From contig JBFWNU010000003.1 of the NCBI GenBank assembly GCA_050250895.1, positions 128,001-192,000 of the forward strand: DNA of 64,000 nt, in the 5' to 3' direction. The position numbers and the translations under genes are program-made. The stretch comes from Vulcanimicrobiota bacterium. GTDB taxonomy: Bacteria > Vulcanimicrobiota > Xenobia > Xenobiales > JADMJV01. This document shows positions 52,201 through 59,713 of this stretch, in pieces (position 1 is the first letter of the stretch; each line of letters starts with the position of its first letter). Below the pieces are notes generated by a model that was given only the letters and a program-made list of their open reading frames with translations, had not been told where the DNA came from and searched no databases.

Positions 52201-53493
52201 AGCGACGAGTTCTGGCGCCGCTGCCTGAGCAACAACGGCCTGGTTCCTTCGACACTCGATCGCATCAGCCGGCTGGCCGAACAGTTGGCTCGGCAACCCG
52301 AGCAGCGCCAGGCCTTCGTCGAGGCGATCGTGGCCGGCGGCGCCTGGGACATCCAGCAGCTACACATGCTCGAGGGCATGGCCCACAACCTGACCGGCTG
52401 GAAGTCCGAGAGCGGCTGGGGTGCCGAGCGTACCTGGTTGCACGGCAAGGTCTGGTCCGATAGCCCGGGAGGCAAGACGCCCTCGAATGCCGACCACCGG
52501 CTGGTCAGCTCGCCCCTTTCTCTGAAGGGCCTCAGCGATACCCGCCTGGCTCTCACCGGCAGCTTCAGTCTGGAAGACGGCTACGACCACCTTCACGTGG
52601 AAGTGCAGGCGGGCGGCAGCTGGCGGACCGCCGAGAGCTATACCGGACGCGGCTTCTGGCGCACCCGCGAGGTGGATCTGAGCAGCTACGACGGTCAGGA
52701 CATTCAGCTTCGCCTGCGCCTGAATACCGACGGGAGCAAGAACGGCGACGGTTTCAAACTGGGCAAGGCCACCATCAAGGCGAACCGCAACGGCAAGCCG
52801 GTCAACCTGGTGATCGGGCAGTCGCCCGACGAAAACCTGGCCAGTTCGCTGGTGCGCTACCTGGACAAGCCCGAGACGCTGGGGGTCTGGATGCGGTTGG
52901 TTGGCCTGGGCATGGCTCCCGACGCCCAGCACGCCTTGCTCGACCTGGCTCACAACGGCGTCGATTCGTCCCAGCTGCTGAAGCTGCTCGAGTTTTCTGG
53001 CCTCGATCGGGCCGAAGAGCTGTGGCAGAAGGTGGCCCAGGATCCGGCCCGATTGTTGCCGGTGATGGCCTCGGCCCACTATCTGGCCGACGCCACGGAC
53101 AAGCCCGAGCTGCCTTTGTATGAACGCCTCTCCCAGTCAAGGGTCGAGGGGACCTCGCTCGAGCGCCTGGCCCGCCAGGCCGACGCTGCCGACGCGGACT
53201 ATCTGGTGCGCCTGGCCGGCTCGAGCCACCGCGACCGGGACAAGGCTTTGCGCTTGCTGGCCTCGGGTCGCGAGCCGGCCGCCGTGGTCAAGTTTCTGGC
53301 CGGCAAGAGCCGGGGCGCGGTTTCGGTCAGCGGTACCATCGACTTTCTCGACCGCCTCAGCCGGGCCACCCTGCTCGAGGACACCCCGTTGCAAGAGCTG
53401 ATGGAGTCGCTCTATCGCGAGTCGACCGAGCTGCTGCTCGACGACGAGTCGCTCACCGTCGGCGACTACACCGTCGAGGTTCGCTCGGAGTAG
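49246..53493 (+). CDS. 1415-aa protein with four immune-inhibitor-A/MAM-like beta-sandwich repeats
   Basis: Four units with LED(G/S)YD..E..W..TG..(L/F)R(F/L)RL.(S/T)DGS..GF; WSDSP in units 2-4; no signal peptide. Confidence 0.8.
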   Translation: MKIGSFQPNTPPVRTAAVSPALVDAYRPWQAEGDWQTGTNWRGQAIWKSNSGRYEDSQNTSLTSQPLSLRGLTQPRLKFRCGYGLEDSYDHVHLELKTEHGSWRELKDFTGKTWLGKDVDLDLSGYQGEVVQLRFRLRTDGSNSGSGFKFSKLRLEGFDFEGKPVNHSLQSTQGPDLSGLSDQQSAQLEQLTRQLGSPEDAYLLWQSHPNPQPGLVELTRQAGAAEAVASWPLVEADDKAQERMEWLRQKVDGKLARQVWPTVQAGDESSLEALAAASGSFAKAAQLWPLVAERRDQADFSDLLDGLGKLASEAEPEEIKNRWSLLGHGPQTLTDRLSLYRAARRLSEKDGVELYCKLVTAGADGSTGQTLHDLLSHNRDWSGDWGQEKSLLKGQVWSDSPGGKYASSARTSLTSPPIPLAECEQPKVHFSAFYSLEDGYDKVHLEAAGRDGHWRSLDTFTGSSWMWKHKSYALDAFGRQPVRFRFRLESDGSNEKDGFSLADLRVEDSAGRCLRPEGKPDAFAQPLVDFAIAHPDRLEQLGSVADQLGSVRSGLDFLQAFDTPANHPQQAQHRQALVELFDLAGSKAAAACWPLIKSSREKDFAGQAALLKWGLDQTGPDQLKALWPSLASGDQSRLAAFTRQLGSFESAASLWPLVSQRRHQPGFDGELTQLASLVETVGLDEARRRLSGQTDLESHLALEEVASRLAPGQSEPLSQRLHQAGLDPAGVKALLSLTEQMTFWKAEGSWGREGSLFKGSCWSDSPKANYPDSADYSLTSQPLDLFGLKEATLHLSSRFSLEDGYDFARLELGTADGRWHELHKFTGNRPVWWSNDFDLGDYAGQKVRLRFRLTSDGSRAKSGFSFAGLRLDGRAPDGSRISRHLDQPDRSQSIQQLVDLACDPNLPAAERSQKLQTLDSVSQRLNSPEAGLAFMPFDQSPERELVLQAFASCGEGAAGRAASLGVSLRDRDPTLKWLSQHGQTGSDEFWRRCLSNNGLVPSTLDRISRLAEQLARQPEQRQAFVEAIVAGGAWDIQQLHMLEGMAHNLTGWKSESGWGAERTWLHGKVWSDSPGGKTPSNADHRLVSSPLSLKGLSDTRLALTGSFSLEDGYDHLHVEVQAGGSWRTAESYTGRGFWRTREVDLSSYDGQDIQLRLRLNTDGSKNGDGFKLGKATIKANRNGKPVNLVIGQSPDENLASSLVRYLDKPETLGVWMRLVGLGMAPDAQHALLDLAHNGVDSSQLLKLLEFSGLDRAEELWQKVAQDPARLLPVMASAHYLADATDKPELPLYERLSQSRVEGTSLERLARQADAADADYLVRLAGSSHRDRDKALRLLASGREPAAVVKFLAGKSRGAVSVSGTIDFLDRLSRATLLEDTPLQELMESLYRESTELLLDDESLTVGDYTVEVRSE

Positions 53494-53537
53494 CACTGGC
53501 TCGCCGTTGCGTGGGCCGGGACCAGGATGGGCCCGGT

Positions 53538-53620
53538 TGTGCGCCGCACAATGAGTCGACCGGCGTGTACGGCGCACACGTGCGCCGCACAATAGCTCGA
53601 CCGAGGTGTGCGGCGCACAT
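53538..53620. repeat. two tandem ~42-bp palindromic units
   Basis: gtgcgccgcacaat..tcgaccg..tgt(a/g)cggcgcaca repeated twice; each unit can form a hairpin. Confidence 0.75.
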
Positions 53621-53703
53621 TTGGCAGGCGGCGAGGGCTCGCACCTGTGGTTGGCGGCGTCGGTCTAGCGGTACAGTCGCGGGGGCGCATTTCGGATTTC
53701 GAG

Positions 53704-53941
53704 GTTGCGGCGACGGTGAAGTGACCCCCGCTAGTCGTGCTTTCTCGCTGACGGGGTCGCTGAGCCGTCGCCCCGAGCGCGCTCCTAGCGCGGGCAGTTC
53801 CATCAGGTTCGACGTGGTCTGATAACTGCGCCCGCGCGCCTTTCAACGACGCTCACGCCCTTCTCCGTTGCAGTCCTTGCTCACGTCCCGGGGCGCTGGC
53901 GAGCGCCCTTTCGTGAAAGGGCGCGCCAGCGCCCCGGTGGC
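53704..53941 (+). ncRNA. candidate structured ncRNA, copy B (no adjacent upstream HNH gene)
   Basis: Aligns with 22279-22518; same stems; terminal hairpin ggggcgctggcg..gcccttt-cgtg-aaagggc..cgccagcgcccc. Confidence 0.55.
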
Positions 53942-53952
53942 TTGGGGGTCCC

Positions 53953-54240
53953 TCAGGGAACTCCCAAGCCCTTCATTACCAAAGCCTCCATTCGGTCGAC
54001 ATGGTTGCGATATTCCTCGACAGAGATATTGGGTGCTTCCTGCCAACTCATAAACAGGGGAATGAACCAGGTTAGAGCGACCAAGCGTTGTGGCATATGC
54101 TCAACATTAGGGTTCAGACACTCAAGTAGAGACTCCACTCTTCGAAAACCTTCTTGGTCAAAACCCTTCATCCTGAGTATTGCAAAGAATCCTGATTCCC
54201 ACTCATGCTCGAGTTTTTCGATGATTTCTTGATTGTTCAC
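53953..54240 (-). CDS. putative immunity protein of the Rhs ART toxin
   Basis: 95 aa; lower GC; GGAGG Shine-Dalgarno; 9 nt downstream of the toxin stop. Confidence 0.75.
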   Translation of the reverse strand: MNNQEIIEKLEHEWESGFFAILRMKGFDQEGFRRVESLLECLNPNVEHMPQRLVALTWFIPLFMSWQEAPNISVEEYRNHVDRMEALVMKGLGVP

Positions 54241-54249
54241 GCTACCTCC

Positions 54250-55155
54250 TCAAGGTCTGATTTGCCATTGAATAGCTTCCGGTGGAACGAAGTCTCGGAT
54301 GAGGACTTCCTTGCCCATTCTCGCCCAAGCATTTAGCATTCTTGCCGCCGGTCCAAACGGCCCTGACGAAATATCTACGATTTCCGTGGTCACCAAAGAA
54401 AGGTCAATCTTGACCTGACCGAAAAAGCCATTCTTCGTGAATTGCATTGCGGCCTCGCTGGTCTTTGCAGTCGAGATCCATGGACTTAGTCTCTTACCTG
54501 CGACGTGTGACATTGGTGTCACTTCTGTAGCGCCCGGCGCGCGCGCCTGCAATCCTGCTGATGGATTTTCGCCTGGAGCCAGATTGCGAAAGACATACCC
54601 CTTCGGACATTCCTCCGCTGCGTTGGCGGCGGCGGAGAAGCCGAGTGCTGCCTCACCTGACACCGTGGCCGCACGGGCGACCCTGGCCGCGGCCAGATTC
54701 GAGCTTAGCCCCGTGGCGGATCCTACCAGAACCAAGGCGTAGTATGCGCTTTGAGCCTTTGTAGCCTTGCCGGAACCCCAGCCCTGACCAGCTTCCTGGG
54801 CAACCGTCGCTCCGCTCACGTCGAGCATCACGCCCCATGCTCGAAGCCCTGTTGCCTCCACCCAGCCACCAAGTCCGCCCCGGTCAATCGCGAGATTTGC
54901 TTGTTGGTCGAGATATACCTTGTTGGCGTGGGGGTCATCGAAAGTCCCTAGGCCTTCCAATCCGCTGGGGTCAGAGTGATTAACGGGATTCCCGCCGACA
55001 TACCCATACAGGTTCAAGCCACCAGCGAACCCAATCGGGTCCCTGCTCAGGAACCTGGCTAAGGTCGGGTCGTAATGCCGCTGCCGCATGTAGAGCAGCC
55101 CGGTGTCGGCCGTGTCGTCGTGCACGCCCAGGCCACCCACGTAAGTCTTCGGGCT
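54250..55155 (-). pseudogene. orphan Rhs core tip with C-terminal R-S-E ADP-ribosyltransferase-type toxin
   Basis: PKTYVGG...DPSGL core almost identical to 23530-23720; C-terminal domain has YVFRN, SPWIST and KEVL; no upstream YD repeats or convincing start. Confidence 0.78.
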
Positions 55156-55644
55156 ATCCGAGTCGGAACTCGGGTCCTTCGCCCCCCCATTCGTTGTGGA
55201 GGAAGTTGGAGGTCGCCCCGTTCGAGGCATTGACCATCACCCGAGCCGAGGAAAGCCCAGACCTCGGAGACCGTCGGCGTCGCGCACTTTCTTCTTGCGC
55301 AGGTTGCCGGAGTTGACGGTGTCCCGGCTCGACGGCCGTCAGCCCGTTGGAGTCGTTCGCGTCGGCTCAGGCCGAGGACCCTACCCCCCCCCGCACACGT
55401 GTGCCAAAAAAAATAAGATGCGGCCGCCCAACCGCCTCGGAGGTGCCTCCCCCCTAAACTGCTCGTGACAGCCTCTCCAGGACCCCCTCAGGCACTTGGC
55501 CAGCCGAGTTTGAAGAAATCTTCATTTTGGCCTCTCAAAGCTCGAATAATCATCGCTTAGAAAGTGCGCAATTGCCTATGAAATAAGGGTTTGAGCTGCA
55601 TCGAATCTTTGACGAACAAGGGGAGCAGAGACTATCATGGACCT

Positions 55645-56703
55645 ATGATTACCGATGATAAGCAACGCGAATTCTGGACCCTCGAGAACTTGAGCAAGCT
55701 CCCTCACGAGCGGCTGGAAAGGGTGATCCGTCGCCTGGCCAACACCCTGGCCCTGACTCGCATCCTGCTGGGGCGATGTCTGTTGGCTATCGAGCGCACC
55801 GACTTCTGCGCCGAGACCGGCTGCCACTCGGCTATCCATTTCGCCCGGCTGATCAAAGTCGAGAAGCGCGAGGCGCTAGATTCGATGCGGATCGCCGGCC
55901 ATCTCGAAGAGCTGCCGCTGTTTTCCAAAGCCTGCGAAGAGAACCGAATCTGCTGGTCCAATCTGCGTGTGGTCACCCGCATCGTGACGCCCGAGACCGA
56001 AGAGGCCTGGCTTGACCTGGCGGTGCGCCTTAAGCCTCATCGCCTGGCCCGTCTGGTGGCCGGGGCCAGCCGCGGTGACACTCCGGCCGAGGCGGCCCTG
56101 AACCTGGTAGAAGAGGTGGAACTCCGTTTCCGGGTCGCTCCCGAGGTGTCCGAGTTGTGGTCGCGGGCCGTGGGCGTGATCTCGAGGGAACACGGCGGCA
56201 CGGTCAATCCGGCCGAGGCGTTCGAATGGATCCTGGCCGACTTTCTGGGCGGCCAGGTAGAGCAGCTCAGGGTCGAGGCCGCCCAGGAGCTGGTCGCTCC
56301 GGTCGAGGCGCTGGCAATGCAGACACACGTGTGTCCGGGCGAGTCGAAGTTGCAATTGGCCGGACGGTTGAGGTTCAATCCGAGCAAGCGGCAGGCGACT
56401 GCCGCCCAGCGCCGGGCAGTGCTGCGGCGGGATGGCTATCGCTGCTCTTGCCCGGGCTGCCCCAATCGACTTTGGCTCGATGTGCATCACGTGGTGTTCT
56501 ACTGTCGCGGCGGACCGACGGTGCCCGAAAACCTGGTGGTGGTGTGCTCGCGCTGCCACAAGAACATCCATCAGGGCATCCTGCGCGTGAGCGGGGTGGC
56601 TCCCCAGGGGCTGGTCTGGCGCGATCGCCGGGGGCGCGAGCTGGAACGCGAGCCCGAGAGCGGGCTATTGGAATGGCTGCTGGAATGGGCTCGAGCTGGC
56701 TAA
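55645..56703 (+). CDS. DUF222-like domain plus HNH endonuclease, copy 2
   Basis: Same length as copy 1 and nearly identical protein; HNH motif intact. Confidence 0.88.
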   Translation: MITDDKQREFWTLENLSKLPHERLERVIRRLANTLALTRILLGRCLLAIERTDFCAETGCHSAIHFARLIKVEKREALDSMRIAGHLEELPLFSKACEENRICWSNLRVVTRIVTPETEEAWLDLAVRLKPHRLARLVAGASRGDTPAEAALNLVEEVELRFRVAPEVSELWSRAVGVISREHGGTVNPAEAFEWILADFLGGQVEQLRVEAAQELVAPVEALAMQTHVCPGESKLQLAGRLRFNPSKRQATAAQRRAVLRRDGYRCSCPGCPNRLWLDVHHVVFYCRGGPTVPENLVVVCSRCHKNIHQGILRVSGVAPQGLVWRDRRGRELEREPESGLLEWLLEWARAG

Positions 56704-56920
56704 GTTGCGGCGACGGAGAAGTGACCTTTTCTGGCTTTGGGGTGCTGAGCCGTCACCCGCGGGCGCGCTCGTTTCGTGCGCAGTTCAATCAGGTTTATCG
56801 TGGTCCGAGAACCGCGCCCGGGCGCCTTTCAGCCATGATCACGCCCTTCTCCGTTGCACTCCTTGCTCACGTCCGCGGCGCTGGCGAGCGCCCCTTTGGG
56901 CCCAGAAAGCGTCATCGCGC
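56704..56920 (+). ncRNA. candidate structured ncRNA, copy C (more diverged)
   Basis: Starts right after TAA; retains gcgacggagaag/cttctccgttgc and ccttgctcacgtcc; other stems weakened. Confidence 0.5.
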
Positions 56921-56985
56921 CTAGCCCCGATTTCGCGGTAGACGATCTCGGCGAGGCGTCCGTGGCCGAATCCCTCAAAAACTCG

Positions 56986-57078
56986 AGCCGTAGCGAAGCG
57001 AAGGCTCGCTCCCTTCCCTGGGCGTAGCCCAGCTCCCATCTCGAGGCCAAAGGCCTCGCTCCCCCCGGCGTGGAGCGG
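56986..57078. repeat. REP-like short palindromes
   Basis: gagcc..ggctc, ctgggc/gcccag and gaggcc/ggcctc hairpins in series. Confidence 0.45.
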
Positions 57079-58962
57079 TCAGTCGTGGACGTCGAGGCTG
57101 AAGTCGCCGATGGTGACCTGGTCGTCCGAGACGATGATGCGTTGGTCCTTGTCGGTCGAATCGATGAGCGCTTCGCCGACCTTGAGGGGGCGGCCGAGGT
57201 CGATGACCAGGGTGCCGCCATTGGCTCCCATGGCCAGCACTTTGCCCTCTTTGGTGGCCACCAGTTCGGCCACCGCGCTGTCCAACTTGTACGCGGATAC
57301 GGGCTGGCCCGGCTGCATGACATAGACGTGGCCGCTGGCCGAACCGGCCACGGCCAGATAGTCATCGCCGGCCCTCAGCGGCAACACTTCGGTGAACGGC
57401 TGGCCGTCGTCGGTCCAAAAGGTGGTGCGCTTGAACTCGTTGGGCCGGCCGGCCGGCAGCTCGATGGTCAGAAAGTGGTCGAAGTCCTCGGGCACACGGC
57501 CCCAGCGCACTCGGGCGTCGCTGAGGTCAGGGAAGACGGCGACCTGAGCTGTCTTGGAGCTGGCTAGAAGCTTGCTCGAGAGGGTGCTGGCACTCACGCC
57601 GGCCTGGGTCAAAGCCTGGTCTTGAGTGGAGGGTTCGGCGAACTGGGCGCAGCCGTCGGCTAGCACTCCGCCGAGGCTCCACAGGGTCGGCTTGAGGCTG
57701 ACCTTGTCGTTGTGGTGCTGAAACTCGCGGAGATAGCCTTCGAGAGTGGGGTGACGGTGGTAGTGGCCCAGGTTGGGGTCGGCCAGCAGGGGCGCGTCGA
57801 GGCTCACCGGGCTCGGGTTGCCGTCGCGGTCAAGCGCGATGGGACCGTTGCTCGACACGATGGCCAGCCGGCCGTCGGCCAGAGGGGCAAAGTGGAACAT
57901 CGGGCGATCGTCAGGCTCTGAGTAGATTTCGACCGGATGGTCCGCCAGGCCCACCGAGTGGGTGATGAGCCCCCAGCCAGTCTGGGCCTGATCGAGGTCT
58001 ATCCGAAGCAAGAGGCGAGCCTTGGGCTCCTGGTGCCAGCGACGGCCGGCCACGTAGGCTTCGTTGCCGTCGCGCGAGAGGCGCACCTCTTCGACCGAAC
58101 CGCGGAAGGTGAATTTCTTGAGCTTCTCGCCGTCGGGTGAATAGAGGCGAAAAGTAGACTTGGTGTAGTCGTGATGCTCGCGCACCAGCACCGAGCCGTC
58201 GGGGCGGGGTAAGATGTCCTGGATGTCGTCCGAGACGGCGAACGAGCGGCTGGCGCCGGTAGCCAGATCGAGGCTGGTCAGTTGCTTGTCCTGTCTGAAG
58301 GTCAGGCGGTCGGCGCCATAGTGGGTATAGGTGGGGCTCGCGTCTTGCTGGTAGATGGTCTGGCCGTCGCTGCCGAGGACTTCCAGGCTGCGCCCGGTGA
58401 CCACCAGCTTGCCGTCAGGCAAGAGCAGGGCGCGACTCATGTTGTCGTAGCTCTTGGGAGTCACTTCGCGGGTCGAGTCGAGGCGTGAGTCGGTCACCAG
58501 CAGCCGGTCAGGGCCGCCCACCACCAGGCCGTTTTCGTTGACATCCAGCCGGGTTGCCTCAAAGGGAAGGTTTAGCTCGGCGGTGGGTTGGCCGGTTTGG
58601 CCGTCGAGGCTCTGCAGGCGGCCTTTCTCGAGCACGAAGACGCGACCCGAGTGCTGCTCGCACTCGAGGCTGACGAAGTCGGGAGTGCGCTCGAATTCAT
58701 ACAGCTTCTCGCCCTGGCGACTCCAGCCGGTGATGGTCTTCTCGCCCAGCTTGACGAAGTTCTGACCGGTGAAGAGCAGGCGGTCAAAGCGACCGAGGGG
58801 TTGCTGATGAACCTGCTCGAATCCGCCGGCAGTGGCCCGATAGAGCGAGGCCTCGAGTGGCCTGGCCGACCCCTCGTAACCGTCGGTGGGGCCGGTGGCA
58901 GCGGCTCGGGGCGACGGACGCAAATTTGCCGGAGTGGCTCCGTTTACACCTGAAATGACCAT
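57079..58962 (-). CDS. beta-propeller-like hypothetical protein
   Basis: Repeated PDG/ADG/RDG turns between short strands; acidic C-terminal tail VTIGDFSLDVHD. Confidence 0.72.
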   Translation of the reverse strand: MVISGVNGATPANLRPSPRAAATGPTDGYEGSARPLEASLYRATAGGFEQVHQQPLGRFDRLLFTGQNFVKLGEKTITGWSRQGEKLYEFERTPDFVSLECEQHSGRVFVLEKGRLQSLDGQTGQPTAELNLPFEATRLDVNENGLVVGGPDRLLVTDSRLDSTREVTPKSYDNMSRALLLPDGKLVVTGRSLEVLGSDGQTIYQQDASPTYTHYGADRLTFRQDKQLTSLDLATGASRSFAVSDDIQDILPRPDGSVLVREHHDYTKSTFRLYSPDGEKLKKFTFRGSVEEVRLSRDGNEAYVAGRRWHQEPKARLLLRIDLDQAQTGWGLITHSVGLADHPVEIYSEPDDRPMFHFAPLADGRLAIVSSNGPIALDRDGNPSPVSLDAPLLADPNLGHYHRHPTLEGYLREFQHHNDKVSLKPTLWSLGGVLADGCAQFAEPSTQDQALTQAGVSASTLSSKLLASSKTAQVAVFPDLSDARVRWGRVPEDFDHFLTIELPAGRPNEFKRTTFWTDDGQPFTEVLPLRAGDDYLAVAGSASGHVYVMQPGQPVSAYKLDSAVAELVATKEGKVLAMGANGGTLVIDLGRPLKVGEALIDSTDKDQRIIVSDDQVTIGDFSLDVHD

Positions 58963-59044
58963 GCTATCAGCTTAGGCTAGAGACCGTAAAAAAGTCTGAT
59001 TCAACCCCTGAAGGTGGGCGCCCGGCGGGCAAGAACCTCTCGGC

Positions 59045-59659
59045 ATGCGTGTCATCCTCACTCTTCTTTTGGGCTTTCTGCTCGTTTCAGGGGTAGCGGC
59101 CGAGCAGCTCAAGCCGGTCGACAACACCGCCGAGGCTCCGGATTTCGAGGCTTTTCGCAGCCAGCTCAAACAAGCGGTGCGCGACCACGATGCGGCTTTC
59201 TTTCGCGAGCGCGCCCAGGGCGCCAAGGTCAGCTTCGGAGGAGACACCTCCCTCGACCAGATGTACAAACTCGACGATCCCGACGACCGATTCTGGAAGA
59301 TCGTGGCCCGCATGGTCGAGCTGGGCGGCTACTATGAGGCCGACCACGCTATGGTTTATTATCCTTACGTGTATGCCCGATTTCCCGAGAATCTCGACAG
59401 TTTCGAGTGGGTGGCCGTGACCGGCGAGAACGTGAACCTGCGCGACCAGCCCAGCCTTTCGGGGCAGGTGGTCGGGCACGCCAGCTATGACCTGTTGAAG
59501 GTGGTGGAGTGGTCCGACGAGTGGCTGAAGGTTCAGCGCGATGGTGGCGCCTTCGCCTATATTCACCGCGATCTGGTCTACTCGCCCGTGGGTTATCGGA
59601 TGGGCTTGAAGAAGAGGGATGGCCGCTGGATGATCACCTTCCTGGTGGCGGGCGACTAG
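59045..59659 (+). CDS. exported SH3b-domain protein
   Basis: Signal peptide; VTGENVNLRDQPS..VVG..WLKV..AYIH. Confidence 0.82.
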   Translation: MRVILTLLLGFLLVSGVAAEQLKPVDNTAEAPDFEAFRSQLKQAVRDHDAAFFRERAQGAKVSFGGDTSLDQMYKLDDPDDRFWKIVARMVELGGYYEADHAMVYYPYVYARFPENLDSFEWVAVTGENVNLRDQPSLSGQVVGHASYDLLKVVEWSDEWLKVQRDGGAFAYIHRDLVYSPVGYRMGLKKRDGRWMITFLVAGD

Positions 59660-59713
59660 CAGAAATGTCGAATTGTTCAGATTCTGGCAACAACTTTTTG
59701 GTAAGGTGTTGAG

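Larger units (their letters stand above)
55275..56920 (+). mobile_element. repeated HNH element, copy 2
   Basis: Homologous to 20781-22518. Confidence 0.7.

Noticed and set aside
53538-53620. Possible CRISPR array
   Set aside because: Only two units, the loops are similar rather than unique spacers, and no cas genes are in the window
53466-54053. Short ORFs overlapping the solo structured repeat (and 56705..57039 over copy C)
   Set aside because: Reading frames are not conserved among the three copies because of indels, so they are treated as non-coding
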